From the IMG/VR virus record IMGVR_UViG_3300006139_000005, positions 90,050 to 117,030 of that record: 26,981 nucleotides of DNA; one strand, written 5' to 3'. Shown in pieces: positions 17,376 to 26,016 of the stretch. Position numbers and translations under genes: made by a program. Every line of letters starts with the position of its first letter. Positions within the stretch are counted from its first letter, which is position 1. Below the pieces are notes generated by a model, which was not told the origin of the DNA, ran no database searches, and was given only the letters and a program-made list of their open reading frames with translations. This DNA is from a virus (lineage: Duplodnaviria > Heunggongvirae > Uroviricota > Caudoviricetes).

Positions 17376-17626
17376 TACTGCTTCACCTCAGAACCTTGCA
17401 CCGCATCAATGGCATCTTGAATTTGGCCCGCAGTATTGCCCACAGCTTCCTTGTCGATGCGTCCCTCAGTGACAATGTAAGTCATCACAGATGCCAAAGA
17501 AACAACTGCTCCAGCAATACTGGTAATCACATTTTCATCAAGCCCAAACACCATAGCCAAGCCGGTGACAACACCAGCAACTGCCGCCCACAGTTTACGA
17601 CTTGTAAGTTTCTGCATAATCTTCAT
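17375..17626 (-). CDS. Putative holin
   Basis: 'KLTSRKLW' start followed by two TM segments. Confidence 0.75.
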   Translation of the reverse strand: MKIMQKLTSRKLWAAVAGVVTGLAMVFGLDENVITSIAGAVVSLASVMTYIVTEGRIDKEAVGNTAGQIQDAIDAVQGSEVKQ

Positions 17627-17645
17627 ATCTAATCATCCTCCTTTT

Positions 17646-17939
17646 TTACGCATGAATGATAGGAATACCATATTCACGAGCGCACAGGTTTTCAATCTTA
17701 CACCCTCTGGCTTGTTCCCATCCTTCACAAAACCACACCCAATCAGCGCCAGCAAGGAGCTTCAGACTATCGCCTAAATACTCCAACGGCTTTCCATCGC
17801 CGTCTTGAAAAAAGCTATCAATGACCTCAACTTCCTCTTTCAAGATTCTTTCAGCGGCAAGTTTGGCATACTCCCGCTCGGCTGCAATCTCTTCATCCGA
17901 TCTACCCCGCATAGGCTGGGAGATAAAAAGCTGAACCAT
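17646..17939 (-). CDS. DUF4406-like protein (nucleoside deoxyribosyltransferase-like fold)
   Basis: 'FISQPMRG', 'ADWVWFCEGWEQARGCKIE'. Confidence 0.75.
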   Translation of the reverse strand: MVQLFISQPMRGRSDEEIAAEREYAKLAAERILKEEVEVIDSFFQDGDGKPLEYLGDSLKLLAGADWVWFCEGWEQARGCKIENLCAREYGIPIIHA

Positions 17940-17953
17940 TTTCTTTCTCCTTA

Positions 17954-18292
17954 TTAAATCATCGGGCTTTCGTCACTGCCAGTGTCCATCTCAAAGTTGC
18001 TTGCTTTGGCGGACTCGAAAGTGATACCACCTTCACTATGATCTGACTTTGCCATATTGAGATAGAACGAGCACACAACGCCATGAGCAGTCCAAGGAAG
18101 CCCCACCATAGCACTTAGCCACGGCAAAGAGCCAGTATACCCTTTACGAACACAATAGGCTGCCAGGACGATACCTCCAAGAGTTACCACCCACAGCAGC
18201 CACCTAATGTCCGAAATCAGCCTTTTGGAAAAATCCTTTTTGGCTGTTTTGGGTTTTGCCAACCTTTTTCCGCCTCCACCAAAAACAACCAT
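17954..18292 (-). CDS. Two-TM membrane protein of the lysis cassette
   Basis: Two hydrophobic segments; immediately downstream of the amidase; start uncertain. Confidence 0.7.
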   Translation of the reverse strand: MVVFGGGGKRLAKPKTAKKDFSKRLISDIRWLLWVVTLGGIVLAAYCVRKGYTGSLPWLSAMVGLPWTAHGVVCSFYLNMAKSDHSEGGITFESAKASNFEMDTGSDESPMI

Positions 18293-18303
18293 ATTGTTAC
18301 CTC

Positions 18304-19386
18304 TTATGCTTTACCCATCAGTTGAGCAAACCGATAAAGCACAGCTACAAACTGCTCACGGGTAAGCATATCAGCCCACATACAGTTCGGTTCGCCGTTG
18401 ATGGTTGTTCCGTTGCCGGCAATAAGACCGTTTGAAGTCGCCCACTCACGAGCCTTTGCGCTCCAATCACCAGCGTCATTGTCCTGCCATGCACTCCGCA
18501 TTTCTTTCCACAGCTCAGTAAACCGATTCACGTCCATATCGTCATCCTCCTTTGTAGATTCAGTTGTAGCAATCTTTTCAACATATTTAAGTGAAACCCA
18601 GCCAAGGCCGGTGAAACCCCACCCGTTTTTCTCTTTGCTGATAACCAGTGTTGTTCCATAAGGATACGTTGTAAGCACTGGATTTTGTGACGGTTCTGGT
18701 CTGCAATTCAATCCATCCTTAGCGGTAACTTTGCATTGGTAATTGACAGTTGCTCCTTGTTCAGACGAAATGACACCGCCACCACCATTGAGGATTTCCT
18801 GGACTTCTTTACGCAGCGCATCCATACTCTTGCCATGCTTCGGCCACCAATGCCCAACATCACCATGATTAGAACCATAACCGGCCTTATATGACTCGGC
18901 ATGATCACTGATGCCAGAAACAGGATAGCCAAATTTCTTGACCATATAGACATTCCAGGCTACAACCATCTTCCACATACGATCAAAAAATTGCTGGTTA
19001 TTTGCCACATCGTATCCAATCATTGTACCGCCCGCATAAGTATGACCAGCAGGCTCTGTAATCTCCCACTGCACCTTTGTGTTATTCCAAGATCCTTTGC
19101 TGCCCGCTCCACATCCCCATGGACGAGTGTTCCAGTTCAAAGCGAGAATAATTTTTCCCTCACCTTTGTGGAAGTCACCCAGAATAGCATTTACTCCCCA
19201 ACCAGCGCTTCCTTTATTCATATTCTTAAAGAACACATCGGCTGATGGTTGGGCGCAGCCAACAGAATGATTTACACAGCCAGCAGGTGTAATTGTTCTG
19301 CCGCTGGTATATGCTCCGTTACTTGTCGCAGGACAGATTTCCAAATGGCTCTCAACATAATTGATACATTCTTGAACCGTCATCAT
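18304..19386 (-). CDS. Endolysin: N-acetylmuramoyl-L-alanine amidase + SH3b + SLH-like domain
   Basis: 'VNHSVG', 'WEITEP', 'SDHAE...SNHGD'; SH3 'GLNCR.EP...W..T..GWVSLKY'; SLH-like 'W...AREWA...GLI.G...LTREQF..LYRF'. Confidence 0.9.
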   Translation of the reverse strand: MMTVQECINYVESHLEICPATSNGAYTSGRTITPAGCVNHSVGCAQPSADVFFKNMNKGSAGWGVNAILGDFHKGEGKIILALNWNTRPWGCGAGSKGSWNNTKVQWEITEPAGHTYAGGTMIGYDVANNQQFFDRMWKMVVAWNVYMVKKFGYPVSGISDHAESYKAGYGSNHGDVGHWWPKHGKSMDALRKEVQEILNGGGGVISSEQGATVNYQCKVTAKDGLNCRPEPSQNPVLTTYPYGTTLVISKEKNGWGFTGLGWVSLKYVEKIATTESTKEDDDMDVNRFTELWKEMRSAWQDNDAGDWSAKAREWATSNGLIAGNGTTINGEPNCMWADMLTREQFVAVLYRFAQLMGKA

Positions 19387-19387
19387 A

Positions 19388-19672
19388 TCAATCCACCTCT
19401 ACATACTCTCTGCCCCAGTAAGGCTCTCCTCCATCATCTGGCGTCTTCAGTACGGCATACCACGCCTTACCACCATCTTTACGAAAGTTGGGGTTGACAG
19501 TCTTAGAGCAAAATCCAAAGCTACCCTCGTCCTCTTCCGCATCAGCCCGACAAATCTTGCTGGTACATTCCGTGTTCTTTGTGGGATCGCACTCATAAAA
19601 CAGAACCCTCTGTCCTGTTGTGCCATCCACCAAATACCCATTACGGGGAACGATGTTATTTACATTGACCAT
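19388..19672 (-). CDS. Hypothetical Cys-containing protein
   Basis: GAGGTG ribosome-binding site; lies between the two lysins. Confidence 0.7.
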   Translation of the reverse strand: MVNVNNIVPRNGYLVDGTTGQRVLFYECDPTKNTECTSKICRADAEEDEGSFGFCSKTVNPNFRKDGGKAWYAVLKTPDDGGEPYWGREYVEVD

Positions 19673-19737
19673 GTTTTCACCTCAAAACTTTTTCTGAATA
19701 TTGGTTAGCAAAATAGGAAGCCAGTCTGATATATAAA

Positions 19738-20469
19738 TCAGAGGCTCCCTATCAGCTTTGAAAATCGGTATAATACAACAGCAAATTGCTCTCTCGTCAA
19801 AAAGTCCTGCCACATATAGTTAGGAACTCCATTGACAGTAGTACCATTACCAGCAATTAAGCCAGTGCTTACTGCCCATTGTCTGGCATCTGCGCTCCAA
19901 TCACCAGCGTCGTTATCCTGCAAATTGCTTCTCATTTCTTGAAAGAGCTTTATGAACTCTTCAAGGCTGGCTGTAGTGAACTGGTCATAATATCGTTGTC
20001 CATACTCAGCCCGCTTCGTTTGAACACCCTCACTCTGATTTGCCGGCCTCTCATAGTTTAACAACACAGCATTTGATGCTTCCAGCACAGAGGTAGCAGA
20101 CTTCAAAACAGATACAACACCAGGATAACTCTCGGACAATTCTTTCCATAAGAAATCCAACTGCATAATCAGATCACCAATAGATTTACCAGCCGCCCTT
20201 GCAAAATTGAGAAGATTTTGCTTGCGGCTCCAATAAGTCCATTGCGCCAGCCCAAATCCTGCCTTATCATACACGAAGTTTGTATATGTGCCATTGTCCA
20301 CAGCTGTGACATAGGCGTTATCATTCATGCTTAGAGATTTTTCGTAACTGTTCTGTAAATTTCTTGGGTTCAACCCACTCTCAGCGAATAAGTTCCCCAT
20401 AAGACCTGCCACACCGTACTCATTCAGTCCCTTTGCTCTGAGGTAATCATGGATTACCAGTTCGTTCAT
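19738..20469 (-). CDS. Phage_lysozyme2-family lysin + SLH-like domain
   Basis: 'GVAGLMGNLFAESGLNP', 'GFGLAQWT', 'YERPA'; C-terminal SLH-like module. Confidence 0.88.
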   Translation of the reverse strand: MNELVIHDYLRAKGLNEYGVAGLMGNLFAESGLNPRNLQNSYEKSLSMNDNAYVTAVDNGTYTNFVYDKAGFGLAQWTYWSRKQNLLNFARAAGKSIGDLIMQLDFLWKELSESYPGVVSVLKSATSVLEASNAVLLNYERPANQSEGVQTKRAEYGQRYYDQFTTASLEEFIKLFQEMRSNLQDNDAGDWSADARQWAVSTGLIAGNGTTVNGVPNYMWQDFLTREQFAVVLYRFSKLIGSL

Positions 20470-20481
20470 ATGCTCGCCTCC

Positions 20482-21507
20482 TCACAGATCAGACAGGCTC
20501 GTTTGCTTTTGTCCGACAATCTCTCCATCTTGGAAATACTTCCCGATTTCCTCTTCATCATCAATATCCTTGTAGATCTCCACCATTTCCAGACTCTCCC
20601 AGCCGATGATAGTCTTGATTACAGAGTCTGGCAGGTTGGCCTTAGCCAGAGATGTAGTGAAGAAGTGTCGGAGGCTATGCCAATACACTGGGATATCCAA
20701 AATGTTAGAGAACGTCTCTGTCCAGCTATTCAGCGTTGAAATCGGGATTGGCTGAGTAGGATCATCTTTGTCTGGGAAAAGCCATTCACTATCAATACCA
20801 AGTTCCGCCCGTTTCTGCATCCATAGGTCGAAATACGGTTTGAACGGTTTAGAAAGCACATAACACGTCAACATCTTGCCATTTACGCCACGCCCTTTGG
20901 TCTTGATTTTTTCAGGCGTTTTATAAAGTGAGCCATAGATGATATTCTCATCGTCAAAATATGACACTTTGAACCTCGGCAACTCAGACTTGCGCCGTCC
21001 AGAATAGCGAGCCAGAGCAAAACAGCAGGCTTTCTCATATTGCTTGCGTCCAACCAAATACTCCAGCAGAGTATCCGCTTGTTCATCAGTTAGCACTGTT
21101 TTCTCTCTGGTTGGTTCATTGATTGGGTTTTCAATCTTCCGAACGATTGAACGGAATCCTGGAAGTTCATCATCCAAAATTGCCTCAATGTAATTGCTGA
21201 GAGAGGAAAGTGTTGCCTTCAGCCGGCGCACACGAGCCGGAGAGTTTTCATTGTCCCGCAACAACCAGTTTTGATAAGCGACAATATCTCGTTTGCTAAC
21301 CTCTGGAAAATATTTATTGTCAGCATTTTGAAGCACCCACACAAAGAAGATATAGAGATCGCTTGTGTAGGCTTTCACGGTAGACTCTGCTTTGCCAACC
21401 GACCTCAGATAGTCCAGAAAGTCATTCATCAGCCGAATGTTCTTCGGATTGATCTGGGCGATCAACTCAGGTGAGGTAATTTTGTTTTGCTTTGTTTTTC
21501 GTCCCAT
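20482..21507 (-). CDS. Second tyrosine recombinase (XerC/D-like)
   Basis: 'YSGRRKSEL', 'HSLRHFF', 'IIGW', 'IY'; no arm-binding domain. Confidence 0.92.
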   Translation of the reverse strand: MGRKTKQNKITSPELIAQINPKNIRLMNDFLDYLRSVGKAESTVKAYTSDLYIFFVWVLQNADNKYFPEVSKRDIVAYQNWLLRDNENSPARVRRLKATLSSLSNYIEAILDDELPGFRSIVRKIENPINEPTREKTVLTDEQADTLLEYLVGRKQYEKACCFALARYSGRRKSELPRFKVSYFDDENIIYGSLYKTPEKIKTKGRGVNGKMLTCYVLSKPFKPYFDLWMQKRAELGIDSEWLFPDKDDPTQPIPISTLNSWTETFSNILDIPVYWHSLRHFFTTSLAKANLPDSVIKTIIGWESLEMVEIYKDIDDEEEIGKYFQDGEIVGQKQTSLSDL

Positions 21508-21540
21508 ATAGCCCTCCTTTCTACTATCTGGATATGGGAA

Positions 21541-21568
21541 AAGCCCAGCGGATCTCTCCGCTGGGCTT
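21541..21568 (-). terminator. Intrinsic terminator upstream of the second recombinase
   Basis: AAGCCCAGCGGA-tctc-TCCGCTGGGCTT; TTTT follows the GC core of the stem on the minus strand. Confidence 0.75.
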
Positions 21569-21575
21569 GATATTT

Positions 21576-21654
21576 GGCGAATAGTAGGGCGGCATATCCT
21601 ACATCTCAGGTTCCATTGTTGGAGTGTTGGGAGCCATTTCCAACCTCATTCGTC
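21576..21654. ncRNA. Candidate structured RNA (multi-hairpin, cloverleaf-like; not a canonical tRNA)
   Basis: Closing stem GGCGAAT/ATTCGTC; hairpins GTAGG-N9-CCTAC, TCCA-N4-TGGA and GTTGG-N9-CCAAC. Confidence 0.35.
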
Positions 21655-21789
21655 AAACAAAATTGTACTTTTATTCAAACTGCTACACATCTATCTCGTT
21701 GCTTTCTGGAGAGAAAAATACTGTTATTTCAGTTTTGTTGGTCAAAGCGATAATAAAACTCATATCACCCATATGTCTTCACCTCTTTC

Positions 21790-21818
21790 TTGCAAAACAG
21801 ATTTGCATATGCTATAAT
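21790..21818 (+). promoter_or_regulatory. Sigma-A promoter antisense to 21812-22081
   Basis: TTGCAA 21790-21795, 17 nt, TGcTATAAT (TATAAT 21813-21818). Confidence 0.7.
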
Positions 21819-22081
21819 GTGTCCGTAAATCCAGCCACAGAAGAACCAAGCAGCTTTTTCAGAACAACGCTCAGTTCGTCAACGTAAATTGCCTGCGGCT
21901 TCTCCGCCATGCCTTGCAACTCTTGTGTGGAAATAGGACGCGGAATTTGTACGTGCAGCTTCTCCGCAAGCTCTATAATGTATTGCGGTTGCATAGAGAC
22001 GATTGGGATACCGGTTTGCGCCGACATGCAGATCAGATTTGTTGTTTTCCCATGCCCGCGTTCTTTAAGAATAATGTCCAT
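21812..22081 (-). CDS. Miniature P-loop-like protein
   Basis: Walker A-like 'RGHGKT' and Walker B-like 'AIYVDE' in 89 aa; AAAGGA ribosome-binding site. Confidence 0.65.
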   Translation of the reverse strand: MDIILKERGHGKTTNLICMSAQTGIPIVSMQPQYIIELAEKLHVQIPRPISTQELQGMAEKPQAIYVDELSVVLKKLLGSSVAGFTDTL

Positions 22082-22104
22082 ATAAAATCCTTTCGATCGG
22101 AGTG

Positions 22105-22133
22105 TTGCAGAATCTCTTGGTTTGTGCTATACT
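22105..22133 (+). promoter_or_regulatory. Sigma-A promoter for 22262-22468
   Basis: TTGCAG 22105-22110, 17 nt, TGcTATACT (TATACT 22128-22133). Confidence 0.65.
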
Positions 22134-22261
22134 CCCATTAAATAACCTGAGCGCTTTAATCCAATATGTTTTATTACCACCACTAACCAGCTTGTTACTG
22201 GCAAACTGGATTCCCTCGTATGAAGGTAGTAAGCTGAAAATTTTAAGATGGGAGAAATATT

Positions 22262-22468
22262 ATGGATAGCAAACTAACCGAAGATGAAATTCGACAATTA
22301 GCTCTTGTTTATGCTCACGCAAAGTTCTCTCAATATCTACAGAGCGATACTCCACGTAGCCGTAATGATATGCGAGATTATGAGATGCTGGAGTTGTCAA
22401 CACTCACAGAATTTTATAACTCCGCAAAGCAATCACTTCGTAGAGTTGATAAGTGGGAATTTACTTAA
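22262..22468 (+). CDS. Hypothetical protein, counter-oriented
   Basis: GGGAG ribosome-binding site and its own promoter. Confidence 0.65.
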   Translation: MDSKLTEDEIRQLALVYAHAKFSQYLQSDTPRSRNDMRDYEMLELSTLTEFYNSAKQSLRRVDKWEFT

Positions 22469-22637
22469 AAGTATTCATATCCATTTGCTCAATTACACGA
22501 TCCCGCACAACACCTAACGCCCACAATATATCTCGATATTCTGCGTTTTGTTTGCGAAGATAGTCCGTGATATCGTCTGTCATTTTCTTTGCAATTTTAG
22601 AGTGTTTCACCCTATCTTCTGTGTCTTTGTAACTCAT
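22461..22637 (-). CDS. Small hypothetical protein (58 aa, absent from the ORF track)
   Basis: Manual translation MSYKDTEDRVKHSKIAKK...QMDMNTFK; GGGGA upstream. Confidence 0.5.
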   Translation of the reverse strand: MSYKDTEDRVKHSKIAKKMTDDITDYLRKQNAEYRDILWALGVVRDRVIEQMDMNTFK

Positions 22638-22659
22638 AAATATTCCCCCATAAAATCAG

Positions 22660-22686
22660 AAGAGAGCGGCGATAAACCGCTCTCTT
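22660..22686. terminator. Terminator hairpin
   Basis: AAGAGAGCGG-cgataaa-CCGCTCTCTT at the end of 22687-23121. Confidence 0.7.
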
Positions 22687-23121
22687 TTATAATGTATAAT
22701 GCGGCTTCTCTCCACCGCAGATCTTATACTCCAGCCAGTCAAATACCACAATGACGGGAATTGCCAGCAGGCACCACAGAATGGTGTACAGTGGGCAAAT
22801 CTGCCCAAGGATATTTCCAAACTGGTTGGAGTAATCCCATACGCCCATACCCAACCAGACGTTCACAATCAGTCCAGTCACAAACTCCATAACTGTAATG
22901 GTCAGTCCGCCAAGAACGCCTTGCAGAAGCAAAGGCATATCCCACGGAATATGCTCGTTCGCAATATCCAGTGGGATACACAGAATTGCCGCCAGCAGAA
23001 CCATCGTCCAATGGGTGTACCCACGCCAAGCGATTTCAAGCAGACCATATAGGCATCCACCAAACACCCAGCGCAGAATATGAGCTGACACCTTACAGGT
23101 CAATTCTTTTCTTGTGCCCAT
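22687..23121 (-). CDS. Membrane protein, ABC_trans_CmpB/DUF1113-like
   Basis: 'EF.TG...N..LG..VWDYS...GN..GQIC..Y...W'; four TM segments. Confidence 0.8.
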   Translation of the reverse strand: MGTRKELTCKVSAHILRWVFGGCLYGLLEIAWRGYTHWTMVLLAAILCIPLDIANEHIPWDMPLLLQGVLGGLTITVMEFVTGLIVNVWLGMGVWDYSNQFGNILGQICPLYTILWCLLAIPVIVVFDWLEYKICGGEKPHYTL

Positions 23122-23135
23122 ATAGAATCAACACC

Positions 23136-23708
23136 TTACCCATTCAGCCGCTCAACGATAGCGTCCATCTGGGTCTTTGCAACCGTCAGCTTCTCCACAA
23201 CCTCAGACGCAAACGGCTCAGGTAGATCCATACCGTACTGCACAGCGGCAATAGCCTCCACATCATCAAGGCTCTGGACATAGGCTTTCAGCGCATTATG
23301 ATAGGTGGTCTGAGTAGTGATAGCACTCTGAGCCGCAATGTAGATTTGAGCAATTTCCTGGGCGGTGTAGATACGGCACACGCCGCCGTCCGCCTGATAG
23401 GGGAACTCGGTGCCACCAAGCTCAACCACACGGAACAGGTTGGCGATATTGCTCTGATCCTCAATGCTCAGATTGAAATGCACTGGGCCGTCTGTCAATG
23501 TCAGGTCGATACCAGACACGATGACGGTGTTACAGGCCGCAGAGATTTCAACGATCTTCGCCGCACGAATGACTTCCGTAGACTGGTCAGCACCAATAAT
23601 CTCAACAGCGTCCTCAATGGTGATCCATCCTCTTAGGATAGCGTTCAGCACACCCTTGTCAGAGATTGTCTTATCCTGATACAGTTGTGCAATGTAATTC
23701 TTATCCAT
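23136..23708 (-). CDS. DUF4376-like tail-associated protein
   Basis: 'K..EIS.AC...I..G', 'HF.LS.EDQ.N', 'Y.ADG..C..YT..E'. Confidence 0.7.
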   Translation of the reverse strand: MDKNYIAQLYQDKTISDKGVLNAILRGWITIEDAVEIIGADQSTEVIRAAKIVEISAACNTVIVSGIDLTLTDGPVHFNLSIEDQSNIANLFRVVELGGTEFPYQADGGVCRIYTAQEIAQIYIAAQSAITTQTTYHNALKAYVQSLDDVEAIAAVQYGMDLPEPFASEVVEKLTVAKTQMDAIVERLNG

Positions 23709-23711
23709 AAC

Positions 23712-23981
23712 TCAACCCTCCAAAATGTTCACGATCAGACCGTCAATCGCCCGCTTCTGCTCCGCAACAAGGAGGCCACCGTCAACCTTCACGATCATCA
23801 CAGTCGCAACAGCGCCAGGAAGCTCCTCTCTGCCGAGAATATGATAAGGAGCACTTTGGATAGCGATACCCTGCGCCTCATCCTCGGTAGCACCCACATA
23901 GCAGCCGTTTGTGTGCATACGAATAAAGACAGGGTTGTCCACGTATGCCATTACCGTGTTGTCCTTGATAATCTGATACAT
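23712..23981 (-). CDS. Hypothetical protein (tail-gene region)
   Basis: AAAGGAAG before ATG 23981 (MYQIIKDN...). Confidence 0.7.
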   Translation of the reverse strand: MYQIIKDNTVMAYVDNPVFIRMHTNGCYVGATEDEAQGIAIQSAPYHILGREELPGAVATVMIVKVDGGLLVAEQKRAIDGLIVNILEG

Positions 23982-23997
23982 ACACCCACTTCCTTTC

Positions 23998-24396
23998 TCA
24001 AATTTTGATAAGTTCCATGATATGCTGCAAATCCTCAATCGGGGCAGCATAGAACTCACAGTTCCAAAGCCAGAAGTCCTCATATTCAGTCATGCGATAC
24101 TTTTGACAGCGTTCGTCCGCCCACACTTTATCCCATCTGGCCTGATAGTTCTTGTTTCTCTTAACCAATGTAGAGATAATTTCAGTGGTCAACTTGCCAC
24201 GCTCTTCTCCATGTCCATCGTCATTTTGAGCAAAATGATCAATCCCGCTCTGACTATTCACCGCACATACCGGCTCCCCATTCCACAATAGGCACCCATT
24301 CTGTGCCTCCACGTGTGTACCATAGGGGATATTCACATCACCGCTGACACCCGTAAACCGTGCCCGTTTTTTCACAATGTAGTTTTTGTACTCCAC
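23998..24396 (-). CDS. Hypothetical protein directly downstream of the DGR RT
   Basis: GGAGGA before GTG 24396 (VEYKNYIVKKRARF...). Confidence 0.7.
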   Translation of the reverse strand: MEYKNYIVKKRARFTGVSGDVNIPYGTHVEAQNGCLLWNGEPVCAVNSQSGIDHFAQNDDGHGEERGKLTTEIISTLVKRNKNYQARWDKVWADERCQKYRMTEYEDFWLWNCEFYAAPIEDLQHIMELIKI

Positions 24397-24420
24397 AAAA
24401 AATTCCTCCAAACATAACAA

Positions 24421-24447
24421 AACGTCTGGAGCATACGCCCAGACGTT
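24421..24447 (-). terminator. Hairpin just downstream of the RT
   Basis: AACGTCTGG-N9-CCAGACGTT; weak T tract. Confidence 0.45.
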
Positions 24448-24463
24448 CGTTGATTTCAGATAT

Positions 24464-25639
24464 TTAGGCTGTCTGTTTAAGCAACTTCTGTTGCTCTTGC
24501 TGCCTGTACTTGTTAAACAGGGCATAATGTAGCCTCCGCAACCGAAGAAGCCGCCCATGGTCGTTGTAGTTTCGGTAATACGCCGTTTGACACTCCATGA
24601 ATTGGTCGATATCGGCAAGTGTACGCTTACCGTCCAAATATTCACGATGGAACAGTTTTAGCTTGCGTCTTGCACTCTTCATTCCGCCACGATTGCCATT
24701 CACCTTAATTCTGCCAGTCTCTGTCAAAGTAAACCTTGCCTTACAGAAGCGGAATCCTTTAGAGCTGGAGAGAGGAACGATTTTGCATTTTCGCCGGTTG
24801 ACACGAATACCATAGGACTCCATCATTGCCACGATCTCACGAGCAATCTTCTTCAGCTCCTCAATATCGGGGAGAATGATGTAATAGTCATCCATGTAAT
24901 GACCAGCACAATGTATCCCCAGCTGGCATTTGATGTAGTTATCAATAGCACTGGGAAGCGCAACCATTTCCTGTTGACTTGGCTCCACACCGAGCGGCAT
25001 ACCACGACCAGGCGCTGTAGCTGGTGCCGTTCTGACAATGTAATCCGCAAACGCCCGAACTTCTGGGTTCAACATCACTTTACTATGCCGCTGGTATATT
25101 AGCTGACGGTTAGCATTTGGGAAGAACTTCTTCAAGTCCATAAGAAACACTGCACCATCACGCCCGTACCGTCGATAGTGCCATGCCAGTTGTTCTTTAA
25201 GCCGCCGAAATTGCCAATGTAATCCCTTATTCTTCTGACTGGCCGCATTGTCGATTATCATGCTGGGTTCATACAATGGAATAAGAATTTTGTTGCACTC
25301 CACCTTTTGAACCTGTCGATCAACAATGTGCGGAGCATCAATAGGACGTACTTTCCCTCGCTCATGAAGTGTAAAATGAGAACACGGTTGTGGCTTCCAC
25401 ATTCCACTGACCACCATTTGACGCCTCTTAGCAGTACCAGAAAGCAGATGCAGTTCAAAGTTCTGGGTGCTTTGTTTCCAACGCACACCCTTACAGCACT
25501 CTTTACCGAAAAAGAACATATCGTGAAAATTGTAAATTTTGTCGAGTGATCCTACCTCGTCACTCCGTTTTTGCCTATTGGCCTGTCGCCGCGCTTGGCG
25601 GCGTTGGTAACGCGCCTCTCGGCGCTCTTCACTTGTCAT
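24464..25639 (-). CDS. DGR reverse transcriptase
   Basis: 'HERGKVRPI', 'DRQVQ', 'MDLKKFF', 'GMPLGVEPSQ' (GxxxSQ DGR signature), 'YMDD'; GGAGG upstream of ATG 25639. Confidence 0.96.
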   Translation of the reverse strand: MTSEERREARYQRRQARRQANRQKRSDEVGSLDKIYNFHDMFFFGKECCKGVRWKQSTQNFELHLLSGTAKRRQMVVSGMWKPQPCSHFTLHERGKVRPIDAPHIVDRQVQKVECNKILIPLYEPSMIIDNAASQKNKGLHWQFRRLKEQLAWHYRRYGRDGAVFLMDLKKFFPNANRQLIYQRHSKVMLNPEVRAFADYIVRTAPATAPGRGMPLGVEPSQQEMVALPSAIDNYIKCQLGIHCAGHYMDDYYIILPDIEELKKIAREIVAMMESYGIRVNRRKCKIVPLSSSKGFRFCKARFTLTETGRIKVNGNRGGMKSARRKLKLFHREYLDGKRTLADIDQFMECQTAYYRNYNDHGRLLRLRRLHYALFNKYRQQEQQKLLKQTA

Positions 25640-25854
25640 AATTTTATTCGCCCTCCGCATAGATGTCTTGTAGGTGCGTGTCTAATACTACGTTGACCAT
25701 ACACATGAAACGAGGTAAACGCAATCCCCCGCCATGCAAGCAGCGTCCGTGCATGGTCGTCAAAGGGCAGTTTTAGGCTTTCACCAGGGAAGTATTTCTC
25801 CTTTTGCAAAGGTCGTCCTTCGCCGAAGCTACTACCATTCGACCTCGCACATTG

Positions 25855-25979
25855 CAAAATCCGGGGCGCACACCCGCCGACCAGGAAGCATTGTTGTTGT
25901 TGATGTTGCCGTTGTTGTTCACATTACAGAAATTGTTGTTGTTGTTGTAATAGGGGGAACGCAACCACCACCACACAGC
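25855..25979 (-). repeat. DGR template repeat (TR)
   Basis: Reads AVWWWLRSPYYNNNNNFCNVNNNGNINNNNASWSAGVRPGF with 14 AAY codons; 25857-25913 aligns with 26925-26981. Confidence 0.95.
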
Positions 25980-26016
25980 AGTGTGACTCATTTACAGAAA
26001 TACACCCATAGACCGA

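Noticed and set aside
18457-19911. 21-nt repeat as a recombination site or DGR repeat
   Set aside because: It lies within the duplicated SLH-like coding module, and the differences are not adenine-specific
21576-21654. Canonical tRNA or tRNA-Sec call
   Set aside because: No TTC T-loop and no pairable 5-bp anticodon stem on either strand; kept only as a candidate structured RNA
24397-24645. N-terminal extension of ORF 23998-24645
   Set aside because: Overlaps the RT 3' end; the RBS supports GTG 24396 as the start
24464-25639. Group II intron, retron or Abi RT interpretation
   Set aside because: No maturase X/En domains or intron flanks; GxxxSQ plus avd plus TR/VR fits a DGR
1-25700. Second VR target inside the window
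   Set aside because: No other ORF contains a WWLRSP...GVRP-like segment or TR-like DNA
25773-25991. 72-aa Asn-rich ORF and (AAC)n microsatellite-like runs
   Set aside because: This is the DGR template repeat read in the target frame, not a separate protein or simple repeat
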